Below, piece after piece: positions 40,404 to 53,203 of a DNA stretch of 64,000 nucleotides. A program made the translations under genes and the position numbers. The stretch's first letter is position 1; the number at the start of each line of letters is the position of its first letter. Below the pieces are notes generated by a model, which had not been told where the DNA came from, ran no database searches, and was given only the letters and a program-made list of their open reading frames with translations. Source of the stretch: Bigelowiella natans CCMP2755 (Eukaryota; Protista; Cercozoa); the NCBI GenBank assembly GCA_000320545.1, contig ADNK01002325.1:1-64000 (forward strand). The letters run 5' to 3'.

Positions 40404-42680
40404 CTATCGTTTTGCCTCAGCGTCAAGCTGCATATCAGTTCTATTTCTAGGTTCCCACTCGTGCATTATTCTTGCTTCTTGCTTATCTAATTCTTTGGAT
40501 GGTGGACTTGAGAGCGGGGAATGTACCTCTTCGCGACTCTGCTTCAACGGAGATATCAAGTTTCTGCTGACGCTTGTCGTACCAGCATTTCTCTCTACAA
40601 ATGTTGATGATGATGATAACCTTGGACTGGATAATGTTGATATAGACCTAGCTGTTGGAGAGACGAATCCATTCAATCCAGCTTGGTTTTGGATCCTGCT
40701 ACTACTACTATTACTGCTGCTGCTACTTTTCCCACTGCTAATATCTGTTGAAATTGGAAATTCTGTACATGGCGTAGTGGTTGAAACATTATTGTTACTG
40801 CTTCTTCTACTTTCATTGCCAGAGTATCTAAGAATTTGCGTTTTCAGTTGCAAATAGCGGTCGAATTCTGAGATCATATAATATTTTGTGTTAGATGAAC
40901 AATTTAGCAAGAGGCAAGAGAGGGTATTTCCTACATACTCCAATTATGGGGTTCCTATCCTGCTTCTACATGACATAATTTCGTAACCTTCTTTCACGGG
41001 TATGATGTCGCGTTGATACTGGATTTTTCTACCGTTTTTCCTGCAAATAAAATCAAATTGGATGCATGTGTTGCTATACGACAATAATTTTGAATACTTA
41101 CATTCGGAACTGTCGCTCGAATTTGTTGAGACGAATCTATCCACAAAGATATCATCGTTTAATTGCTTATACACGTGTATACAAGAATGCTTACTTGCAG
41201 AATCCTTTTTTCAGCTTTTATCTGTGCTAGGGTTAAAGAAGTATTCTTTTGCTGTTTCTATAAAGAGAGGAATTTAGAGTTGATTTTTGGTCCTAGCTTA
41301 ACATGTGATATACCCGTAACGTAGCAGAGTTGATATTATCCTTTATCGCTCGGTATTCTTCATATATCGGGCGGTAAACTTCTTTTTCTTGTTTGGTTGG
41401 CTATATAAAGATAAATTAGTAATAAATACATTCGCAAAAACAAGTATTCGGGTACCAATCTGCCATTCTTGTGTTTAAAAGCTTTGTCCAGTCCATTGAG
41501 AAGCCTTTTCAAGAACGCTTTGTCATCCTGCATTTGCTCCACCCTAATTATCCAACCGTGAGTACCAAAAATCAAAGCATCTTATGCGCACTTACGTCAT
41601 CAAGTTGATATCCTGAGGACGATTATAGCTATCTCTCTGCATTAAAAATCAAATTAAATTTGTCAGGTTCATGAAGATCTAATCGTTACAATCCTTTTCA
41701 TGCCTGTTTCCTTATTGTTTCTTGCGCAAGCATAAGACGACTATGTGAAGGATCTCGGGCTGACAAAACAGGTCTACGAATCTGCAAAAACAGCTTTTTA
41801 AGAATAACTTTCTCAGCATCACTATGATCATAACCTGATATCCTCTCCATGCAGCCTGTATTTGTACTGCCGAACTATCGCGAATCATCTTTTTCATTCT
41901 CTATTTTTAACATTGTATGTAATGAGAACATTGCAGAATCTTAAAAACGATCCGGGTTAGACAACCTGATACTTATTGATAAGCTTCACCCTCTCCTTCT
42001 TTGAGATGTTGGAACCCTCTGTCGATCGTAACTTCGCACGGATTTCCTGTGTGATTAGAATTAAGTTCACAATTCCGAGGCAAGCTTCTGGTGATTCAGA
42101 TGTGTAGCACCTTGCACTTTGCAAGATACATTTTGCGCTCTTGCGTGTCCAGTCGCTGGACTCTCTTCTCTGCTTGTGTATATTTCTCATCTACAGAAGC
42201 GAATGTTAGAGAGTGGAAGTGTCTCGGAAGATGTTTATCCAAGGCCTAAATAAAATATAAGCTTAGTCCTTTTTTAAAAATGACAATTACAACCTGCAAA
42301 TAAATCTATTACCAGTGCAAAGGCCTCCTTATCCTCAAACAAAATACCCACCGCCTTTAGAATCGCCTTTCTAAATGGTTCATGTTCGGACATATCCCTG
42401 GTATCCTTCAGCATTTTCTCTACAGCTTCCTTCACTTCTACATATTTAGTTATTGCATAACACGCGTCAAACATCTATTTTGTTGTCATTCAATTTTTTC
42501 GAACGCAAGGCGATTCATAGACTCACCGATGACAAACAAGCTGGGTCCTGGGTGAGCAGAATTCCCTTCTTTGCGATGTGAAGATGTTGATGCTTAGAAC
42601 TAACAGTAATTCTACAATTGACAGTAGAACGTTTGTCAATGCGCTACGTATTGAAGGAGAGGAAGAGAGGTGATGATCAT
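40404..42680 (-). CDS. Multi-exon IQ-motif protein, function unknown
   Basis: Exons MFDACYAITKYVEVKEAVEKMLKDT.., EIRAKLRSTEGSNISKKERVKLINKYQ| and RMKKMIRDSSAVQIQAAWRGYQ| (IQ), with a Ser-rich last exon ending at 40404. The start is uncertain (42474 or 42680). Confidence 0.6.
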
Positions 42681-42699
42681 TTAACAAACGAGTCGAGTA

Positions 42700-45324
42700 A
42701 TGGAGGCTTTCGCCAAAATTTCACGATACTGTCTTAATACATACGACAATACGAATGGCATGTCGTTGGTGAGAATAACAGGGCATTATCTGTATTCTTG
42801 GATGATTTTATACGACAATAAAAAAGTGATGTCGCCAGGGGAGAATAAGTGATATTCACGTAAAAATGCATCGAAATAGTGTCTCTCCATCCTGAACTAT
42901 CGTCGTCAGTGGCCGTGTACGATCACATGCAGCGTCGGCCCAACGGCTAGCTTAGCAAAAGCTACAAGGGGGTGGGTACAGCCATGACTAGCTTACATTT
43001 TGCACCTATCAACTTTGCTACCCACACTTAGGAATGGACAGGCAGAGTCTATGGCTCATTGTGCACTCAGTGATGACAGTAGTTATCGCTCTGGAGAGCG
43101 TCGTCCAGGAATCAAGCGTAAGATTGAAATGGAAGAGTCGAAGAGCATCAGAGCTTGAGCAACAAAGATTACAGTACGTAGAAGAATCCTAAACAAGCAA
43201 CCAAAAGCATTTATTTTATATCACTTCCATTCAAGAAGACCCCTGCACGGGAGTCGCACGCCGAATCGCAATAAAATAGACGAATCAACATTTTATTATA
43301 CGATAATTGCATTGCAGCAAATGCGTATCGAATGAGCGAATCATCACACCCTGATAATTCTGCTGACTGACTGATCTCAGAGTCAAAACGGCGCCAAGGG
43401 GAGAAAGATGGAAAAATGATCTATTCACATTGAACCAAAATTTGGATGTTGCGATGAGTAAGTGAGTGCTGAAAAGATTTGATATTATTGATACATAAAT
43501 TATTCTATCTCCACATATCAGCACAATTTGATGAGGAAGATAAGGCACGAATTTATACGGAAATCAAACAAGCACTCCAAGGCTTTAAATACAAGATTTT
43601 AGAAAAGGTGGCTATCGTTGAACACCCAATGTTTCATTTCTCTTTCGAACATGTATGATGGTGTATAATTATTGGAACCAATAGACCACATCGGCAAGAG
43701 AAGCTTGGAGAGATGCAATTCAAGATGTCTCTGAGAAAGAGGATCTGCCGACGAACCTCATTGAAAAACTTGTTCAGAACTATGATCAGGTAATATTGCA
43801 TTATTACGAAGTTAACGAATAATCTCATTGTTTGTTTGCCAAAAAGCTCAATCATCATCATTGTGACATAAATAATACTCAGGCTGTAACTTTACACCGC
43901 GAATTTTTGAGGAACTATGATATGCAACAAAGATACAGAAGATGGATCGTGTCCTTCCCTGGAGGTCTGAATGTACGGAAACTTCCAGAAACAACTGCTT
44001 CTGTCGTATCTGCCGCTGATGTCGGTGATGAGGTAGGTGATGATTCAGGAGACGAATCAATCGGAGAATCAGTCATGATTATTTTTGTTTACTGATCGTG
44101 ACTCTTCCTTATTTGCTCTGGTAATCCCCCCCCTTGTCGTATTGGTGTCTCATCATTTCGAAGATAACTTCATCACGTGAAAGTCAAAGCTGGGTCTTCT
44201 CCGAGAAGGTTGATACTATGCTAATGAACAAATCACTGTAACCCTAAAATCAAACCTAAAGTGCCGCTGTACAAATATAATGTGTCAATATGTGCTATGA
44301 ATGTTCTTCTTCTGTCAGCAGCAGCATTGTCCTTTAGCCACCCTACTAGACTAGACACAATAATTATAACAGACTGGAGGATGGATTTGCAGGAGAAAGA
44401 GGGACAACACGATAGCCTTTTTGGAGAGAATTACAAAAAAGGTGATAAACATTCATAAAAACCACAGTTTTCCCCGTTGACGGCATTATTCAAAGAAGAA
44501 GAAGAAGAAGAAGAAGAAGACAGATACCCATACACATCACATATGTGCTAGTAAATTCAAAACCTGCTTTAACTCCTCTATCGTGCAGTCACGTGCTTGG
44601 ATTGTTGTCTTTCCGGGTGGTGTGAATACCAGAATGGTAGTAGTAGAAGTAGTAGTTTTTGTGTGATAAACAGTATAATGACACAAAGGGCAGTAGTAGT
44701 TTTTGTATGATATACAGTATGATGACACAAAGGACAATAAACAGCCTTAAATCAACAATTGAGAATTGCCTTTATATTCGGAAGAGAAATAAAATATGTA
44801 CATACGTGGTGTGTATGTTCTATAATAAATGATGCACACTGCTGTACACTATCTTCACAAAACTGCCTCTGGTTACTACTCAGGAACCGAGTTTTTCATC
44901 TGAAACAACGGGCAAGGTGAGGGAGGGGTGAAAGGATAATAGCACAGTTCTTGATGATGATGATGGTGGTAATGGTGATGATGATGATGGTAAGCATATG
45001 GTGAGAACGAAGTTGGGATAGAGGCAACGAAGAGTGCCGACCACGTGCACGTACGAGAGGGAGCGAGAGTTGTAGATTCTTTCTATGATCTTACGAATTA
45101 TTATTACTATTTATTTATTATTTAGGGTCTAGACCAAGGAGAGTACTTCGTGGAATTAGAATCTGCCTTTGTATGTTGTCAAACAAATCAATATAAAAAT
45201 AAATCAATTCATTCGTTAAAACATCGTGTTTCGATGGTATGAATCCCAAACACCCAGGAATATTTCATCTGTATACTATTTATATTTATTCAGTAGTAGT
45301 CACCTGTACCTGGGTCAGTTTCCT

Positions 45325-45369
<45 letters not shown>

Positions 45370-45683
45370 ATATATGCTGCTGCGTCGTCGTTGACAGGAA
45401 GGAAAGTGGGTGCGTAGTTGCCACGGATGGGTTGCAACTCACAGTCAAAAAGGAGCTCAAACACTCATCGAATCAGTTAAGGTACGATTCATTACTTGGG
45501 ATGACAACATCCAATAAGGACAAAGAAAGAAGCAACGCACACACACACACACACATAAACATACACATACCACATTCTTACAGTATAAACGCTACTGTGA
45601 TTGTTCTCGAATAACACCATCAGTACACGGACATGAAGGAATGGAGTGTCCAGTGCAGGTGACTATTGTAACTAGTATTGCGA

Positions 45684-45720
<37 letters not shown>

Positions 45721-45856
45721 GGGGTGCTAATACTTGAATAAATATGATGCGGAACCAGTTATGAGCAAGCTTTATTTTTGAAGTCTTATTTTATGTACGT
45801 CAACTGCAGGGAGGGATGTAATGTGTTGGCACGACCGACACTTAAATCAGCTGTGG

Positions 45857-45888
<32 letters not shown>

Positions 45889-46111
45889 ATCTATTAACCA
45901 ATATACCCTGAAACCATTCTTAATTATAATTGACAGATGGATGCATGAATACATACAAACGAAATAATTTATGAAAAGTAGTTTTAATGGGTTATCACAC
46001 CAGCACGTGGATCTTCCTGTGATCACCTCCGCCTCCTCCTCTAGGTTTCTAAGCTGGAACAGGGGCAAAAAGTCTTCCAAGTAAAGAGGAATAGGACGAC
46101 GATTATATTAT

Positions 46112-46145
<34 letters not shown>

Positions 46146-46166
46146 ATTCTCACGATGCAGCACGCC

Positions 46167-46201
<35 letters not shown>

Positions 46202-46307
46202 CCAAACTCAATATCCAAAGCTTAGCCCTTCGAACCTTATCTTTGCAGTCAAAGCAATCATACCAAAACCATGATGCTAGAAGCTATTACCTCCATCATC
46301 ATCATCA

Positions 46308-46338
<31 letters not shown>

Positions 46339-47102
46339 TGCTATCGATAGTCAGGTTGAGGAAGCAGCTTACGGATGGATACGCACAGCATTTGGATGGT
46401 GTCAGACAAACAAAGTTGCTAAGCACACTGCAGCAGCAGCAGCAGCAGCAGCAGCAATTCCTCAAAAGAGGGGTTGTGTCAATGCGAGCGACGATGAGCT
46501 CCTCCAGATGGAAGTCTCGAGGGATTTTTCCCACAAGTTGCATTTTATCCGTGGCCATCCTTCTCATTTAAGAAGAGGCATGGATCGACTAGCCAATGCA
46601 GGACTTACGAGTACAGTGGTTAAATTCCAGGCAAAGGTGCTGATAGTGATCATGTTGATGATGATCACAATGTGGGAGATTAACGAGGGGGAGGAAGGGG
46701 AGTTATGTAGTAATTGTGTCATAAGTGTTTGACGTTGGTGTGCTCGTGAAGCTTAGAACCTGTCATTATTCTCAGGATGGAGAGATCGAAGTATATGCAC
46801 TAAAATACAACAAGGGCGAGGATCGGTATAATGAATTCCTTGTCATTATCATTAAGAAACAACTTCTTCAGAATAACAAGCAGTAATTTTTCATGGAATT
46901 TTCTCTATGCTTCAGGCTAGAGCTGAGGCACTACGTCGACGGACGGTACATCTAAATTGCACAAAACGAGGAGGAAACGAACATAAAATCATACCGAGCG
47001 CTCATAATATACTTTGAAAAGGTTTCGAAATCTAGTCCAGTCGTTGCGATTCATCGTCAAAGAAATGGTAGAAACTTCTCTTCAGAGTAGATAGTAGTAG
47101 TT

Positions 47103-47133
<31 letters not shown>

Positions 47134-48424
47134 TGGTAGTAGATGTGTATTAATGGAATCCTAAAGATGATGATATTAGGATTCACTGTTATACAATGCA
47201 CTCATGCACAATATCTTGCGTCGTTGGCTCCTGTTGTCACTTCGTTGGAATAGTAAGCAGAAATCATGAAGACCGTGCACTATTTCACTTATGTTGCTGC
47301 CTACAAACAACAACGTCACAACAATAACAACAACAATCGCGACCCCTTCGCTGCACTAATCAGGTATTGGAAGACGATGTGACGTGGTCAGGAGTTCTCC
47401 CAATGTCAAGATCAAAATCTATTCTAGAGGTGGTGGTGGTGGTGGTGGTGTGCCACTTACAAGTAAATATATCACATTTGATCACGATGATTTTACGTTA
47501 TAGGGTCTTCGAAACCTTACTCGCGCAGCAAGTATAGATTTCACGTTAAATACGGAGGACTACTGGTGGCTTTCTAGAACTGACCTTCAAAAACGAATGT
47601 CGTTTGTAAGTGGAGTCTTCGGATTTGATGAACAAACTGCACCGTTGCTCCAACGAACAGCAGCCTTGGACGAGAATAAAGACTTCGATGAAGATCAAAG
47701 TAATCTTCCCCTCTCTCCCTCCTCCCCTTTAAATTGTTGAAGCAGAAATTTATTGTCGAGCTTATAAGTAATAAGTATCCCCCCCCCCCCCCCCCCTTCG
47801 TGATAGTAACTAAACAGCTCTAAAATTTACTTATAATCAAATAGGACATGAGCACTCAAAAGATCCCGCTGTGTTAGCAAGTGCAAAAGCAGATGCAGAA
47901 GCAGACGCACTCTTGAAGCAAGCACAGACAGAACTGTATTACATCCCACAACTTTGGCTTGTCCTTATTGTTCATCACAATCGTTATCATTAGCATTGAA
48001 GTTATTGTCGATATCACTATCTTCATTGTCGTTATCATTTGAATATATCAGCCACAAAGAAAGAAAGGTGGACATAAAGGACATCAAAAAGATTATGCAA
48101 GGGATTAATAATGAAGATCCTGAAGCTTTCCGAGCATTTGGGGTTGTCTTTATAATTCTGTCATAAAACACACCGTTTCTCATTATGATATTTTCTGTGA
48201 TTAATTTAAGCCCAAGTGGGGAGACTTGAGGGAGGTTCGAGAAAGGCTACAAAAGGTGAAGTTTTTTCATAGTTGAGTCAATCTTGTAAATTATATAAAT
48301 TATACCGCATGCCTTATTTCAGGAGCAAGATAAGGAAGACGAACTTGTGCCTGAAGGAGCAGAAGCTGATCGAATGTATTATAAGCAAATGCAAGAACTT
48401 GAAGACATCGAAAGGGACGGATAA
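42700..48424 (+). CDS. Multi-exon protein with several SH3b-like modules
   Basis: In-frame exons MEAFAKISRYCLNTYDNTNGMSL|CLSILNYRRQWP..; QFDEEDKARIYTEIKQALQG..; RWIVSFPGGLNVRKLPETTASVVSAADVGDE..GGWIC; KWVRSCHGWVAT; GCNVLARPTLKSAV..YGWIRTAFGWCQT; last exon EQDKEDELV..IERDG*. Confidence 0.6.
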
Positions 48425-48429
48425 AGTTC

Positions 48430-48980
48430 TCCGTCTAATGTTTGGCGCTGTACCAACTGCGACGGCAGATCGCTGCATGCTGCACCATTTGTTCGTACTG
48501 AGCATCTACGTATGGACTGATACACGTGCGGTGCCAACCACTTGCTACATAGTCACTACGAGCGATAGAATAAGCATATATGCCAAGAAATTCCATACCT
48601 TTATAAATGAAATTCTAGAATTGTCGAAATGTTGGTCGCTATTCATGTAAGGCGAGAGTGCGTGGCAACACAAATGTGCACAGTTTCATTTTTTCTTTCA
48701 TATCAACTCGTGGCGTCCGCACATGGTACGCACTTCAGATGTCACATCTACAACAGCATCTTCTTTGAAATAGATACACACGTGCTTAAAAACGTGCAGA
48801 GCGTACAAGCTAGACTAGTAGAAGTTGTTGTCCTGGTAGCACAGCAGCGTGCATGCGCGCTCATCTAGCTGTGCAGTAGAGGACTCACAGCGTGCTTGAT
48901 TCGACAACATGTTTCTGTTGCTGCGTGACCAGATAGACATTTTTGCATTACGCTAAGAGATGCATTGTAGCAGGTCATGT
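48430..48980. other. Palindrome-rich convergent-gap island (I5)
   Basis: gctgcatgctgca, acacgtgc, agctagactagtag, gcgtgcatgcgcgctcatctagctgtgca. Confidence 0.7.
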
Positions 48981-49050
48981 TATATCTCTTTCTCAAACCA
49001 TCGTAGCGCATAAATGAGGGGCAAAGTTGCCGCATTCGATGCACAGTGAT

Positions 49051-50584
49051 CTACAATGGAGCGGAAAAATAAAGATCTATGCCTAACCAGCTCATAAAGG
49101 ATATGAAAAAGCTAGCGATAAATGTTAGTCTCCATTTTTTAATATTTTTTTCGCGCATCTCATTTCTTTCTCCTTCCAACGCACTCTCTATTCTTCTTTG
49201 AATGTATCCAGACAAATCTTCATCGTTCATCACATCGTTCCGGATCTCATCAAACTGAATCTGATTTTTATGATGAAATGATGTGAATTGGATGCTGTAC
49301 AATTTGATCCTCGAAGGAAATATCACCTTCAAAGTCGTTTCAACTTGTCCACCAGCATGATCATTTCCGTGTGAGTTTGTCGAGCACTTCAATTTCGAAA
49401 TTAGGGATTCTTGCGACCTGATGATCTTGCATTGGAATGGAATAAAGCTAGAACTGAGAGCATTGCTCCTGCGCTATGCGCTATGCAATGGCTATGAAAG
49501 ATCCTGAGGATGTTTGACTACCTCATTTTTTTCTCGCATAATCAATTTTTCGTTTCTAAGACTTGTCTTTAGTGTCTTGAGCTCGTTCAGGATGAGCTCG
49601 TTTTTCTGAGGGCGAACATATAATTTCACACCTGATTACTTACATTGACACTCTCTCATGTCCACAAAATCTGCTTTACAAACAAACTTTGGAAAATGAG
49701 CTTTGTGAGTCGCTGCCTGGCATCTTCTTTTCGTAGCTCTTCTGCGATTGCCTTAGATTTCTTGAAGTTATGAGTGAGTTGTATTCTTCTATCATTTTCT
49801 CTGCGGATTTTGCCTGGTTTTGTAACATTGCAACCAGTAACTTAACTTAAATCTGCATTTGCGCCGCAAGATATTTCATTTTTATTAAGTGACCTTCTCA
49901 GAAAGTCTCAAGCACTCCTCTCGCAGAGTCTTGCATTCATTCTGAAGAGAATCCTATTTGACCATGGCTTAGTGATTTCATGAAGATAGATTCAAATGAA
50001 ACTTGACATTTCAAAATGCTATTGCATCACAATTAGAAGTGCGTAGTCCAGTAGTCTACCTTCCTGTCTTCAGCACAAGCTAAATCCTTCGCTAGATCAA
50101 GAAGTTTCATGCTTTGGCTTGAATTGCGTTCTTCTAGCCTAATGTTAAGGTCCCACAAATGGTAAAACCTTTCCTATGTGTTGTAAATGACAAACCTTTT
50201 GATTGTAGAATCAGCTGACCTCGATTCTCTCTCACGCAAGGTGTTTAACATTTGAACCTTATTTGCAAACACTTTTTTGTCAAGAATTAGCTACATCCAG
50301 TTTCGTATCAATTGTGCCTTTTGTTCATAAGAGTCGCACTTTTCTTTTAATGACACAACAGCCTCAAACTGAAGACAAACCATTCATAGGAGAGAATAGA
50401 AATTTTATGCGTTATGTAACATTTTACAATTGAAACTCTGCTATTAAAATTGTTTTTGTTGCTCTTATTAAACCTGTTCATAGCTTATTGTTATCGTTCC
50501 GTCGTCAGAATTGTTCGAAATAATGTTGTGCTTCAATGGATAGAACATTACATCTTCGTCATCGCTAGATTGATCACCATCCAT
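49051..50584 (-). CDS. Coiled-coil protein with a C-terminal transmembrane anchor (tail-anchored)
   Basis: Starts MDGDQSSDDEDVMFYPLKH and has coiled-coil exons. It ends ..MREKNIKKWRLTFIASFFISFMSWLGIDLYFSAPL*. Confidence 0.6.
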
Positions 50585-50931
50585 TTCAAATTGACAATGT
50601 AGCTTGAAAGATAGTTTCGCTCTCCGATGTCCCTTTTGTGTTACTCATCAGAATTGTAACTCCTGTCTCAAACAGGATAATTATGGAAAACAATCGAGAT
50701 TATCCCTGAGCGACAAATAATATTCAGCTCGTTCCAACACAGGCCTCATAAAGATTTTTTTTTTGTTACAGTCAGAACACTTACAAACTGTTACGTGCAT
50801 TTTGTCCACTTACAATATTGCATGCATTTTGTTCACAGCGACAAGCATAATTGGGATTGTTGGGTACAAATATGTCATAGAAGTCATAGGCTTTCATCAT
50901 TGCACCCTCCATCTATTCGTACTTGCAAATC

Positions 50932-52608
50932 ATGAAACAGGGTAATCTGGAAGCTGGTACTAATGCAACCCAATCCTCTTCTACTCCAAAACCCAATGGT
51001 GATCCTGTAATGTGCATGCACGATTCTGAGGATGATTCTATTGTGCGATGTGCTGGAGGTGACATTTATTCTGCGAAAGATTACTCATTCCAAACTCAAC
51101 AAAACTTCACTGATGCATTGAGTGGTACTGTAAAAAGCTCAATCTACACGACCAAAGTTGTAAGTAATGCTGGATGCTCAATGATAAGCGATTCCTCTGT
51201 TGAAATGCAAAGCCTTCAAAGTCTAGTGAAAGAACAGTCGAAGCATTTTGAAGTTCTATTGGAGAAAGGGAAAGAATTAGAAATGCAGAATAGTGAAGGT
51301 AGTACTTGTGATAGGTTCTAATGTGCTCAACAACCCCTACCCTGTTCGTTTTGATTCGATAGAACGGAAAAGACTTACAGATATCCAGTTTAAACATCGA
51401 GAAGCTGTGCATCGGAAAAATTCGGCACTAGAAACACTGAGAACCCTTAAAGCTGTGAAACATCGGAATATGATCATGTACTTTAGCAATTAAATCTTTT
51501 ACAGATTTTGGAACCAACCAGAATTCAATGATGTTAACAGAGTGGCGAAACTTGAACAACAATGTTTTGTTTCGCGGGGGTTGATCCAGAAAGGACAACA
51601 AGAAGAAAATGAAAAATTGAAGGAAGAAATAAAAATCCTTACTCAAAATATTAATCAGCAGCGAGAATGGCGTGAGGAAGTGGCGGCAAAAAATGGTGGC
51701 CCTATTTACGCATTATTTTTATCCGTTGAAATATATTCCTACCCATTTTTATTAGATACCATGAGAAATCTAAAGATGGATTTGGACGATGAATACGGAG
51801 AAACGCTCTCCAAGTTAGAGCTTCACAAAAACGATTCAGAAATGAACCGACTAAAGAAAGAAATCGCAATTGCTTCGACACGATTGCAAGAAAAACAAAG
51901 TCATCTTCGGGCTGATCAGCGCAAACTTCTAGGTTTAGGTGAAGATATGAAATCGTTAGTCTCATAAGCTTGCATGAATTTCCACCTTGTACCTCATACG
52001 AAATCACAGTGAAGCTGATGTAAAATCATAGACAAAACTCTGGAATCTTTAACGAAAAGAAAAGAGATCGAACATCAATCTGTAAGATTAGTTGCATGTC
52101 AAAACTTACATGCAAACATTTCAAAATTGAAGCTATCCATTCGCAAATCATACCTGCTTGAAATTTGGGAAAGAGAACGAAACCAAGGCTCGTTTCATTG
52201 CTCTTTTCTGTGTCTTAGCTTCTTGATCATTCTCTTCTCTTCTCTTACCTCTTTTGCTGCTCTATTTTTTTAAAGGCCAAAAGCCGAAAACAGAATGCGA
52301 AGGAAATAATGAAGGAAAGAGTTCTTCTGTCATCGTTGAAAAAAGACCAAGCAAAGTTACAAAGAGAATATGAAATGCTAAAAAAAAAAATTCGACTTTG
52401 TCAAGGTAAACAGCCTAGCATTCCAATGAATCGCACAGACGTTAAATGTCCAGTAACACATGGCATGAACACCATCCTTTCACCGACTACAGTTCTAGAG
52501 AAAAACGTAAATACATCAATCTTGGTGAATTCTAGCACAAATGATCCCAATGATGATGATGAGGGAAGTAGCATTGTAGATTTAGATGAAGATGCTATGG
52601 TCTGGTAG
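50932..52608 (+). CDS. Multi-exon coiled-coil protein, function unknown
   Basis: ORFs 50923-51321, 51542-51967 and 52309-52608 are joined by short GT-AG introns. Heptad E/K/Q/L-rich, ending DLDEDAMVW*. Confidence 0.6.
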
Positions 52609-52609
52609 A

Positions 52610-53180
52610 AAGATCTGTGTCTAGCTAGCTAGATTTGAAACATGACCTCGTGCCATTTCTGAAGCAAATGTGCATTGCAGATGTCACATTTAGTTTTGAG
52701 AGTACTAGAACAAGGTGAATGGCACATTCAATCTAGATCTCACATGGTAAATGCTTGATGCTACAAGAGGCAGACGTTTTGACGCAAGTCAAAACGTACG
52801 TGTCATGCGCGTGGGCAACAACATATGAGACCTGTTTTTGTTCGATGAGATGAACCACATGTGGTGTGCTGTCATCAGGTTCTCAACATCCTCCAAACAC
52901 ATCGCATCAGCTATAAGCACAAAACGTTGCGTTTTTGCTGTACATGCTCAATTTGTTGGATGAAACATTCCATCAGCACTAGAGTAGAAGACGTTACGGC
53001 TATGCACAATGAGTGTCACGTTGAGCTATGTGTACTGTGATCACAAATCGCTTGAGAGAGGCGTTTTCCTATCATTAGCTATGACGCTTTCTTCACACGT
53101 GAGATGCAATAGCAATCCCACAGCTAAAACTAGAACCATGACAAATTTCAATTGCAAGTTGTTGCAACGTACGTAACAAA
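52610..53180. other. Palindrome-rich convergent-gap island (I6)
   Basis: tctagctagctaga directly after the stop codon; atctagatct, acgtacgt, cacatgtg, cacacgtg, ttgcaa. Confidence 0.7.
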
Positions 53181-53203
53181 AATGAGTTCTCCATGCAAAA
53201 TTT

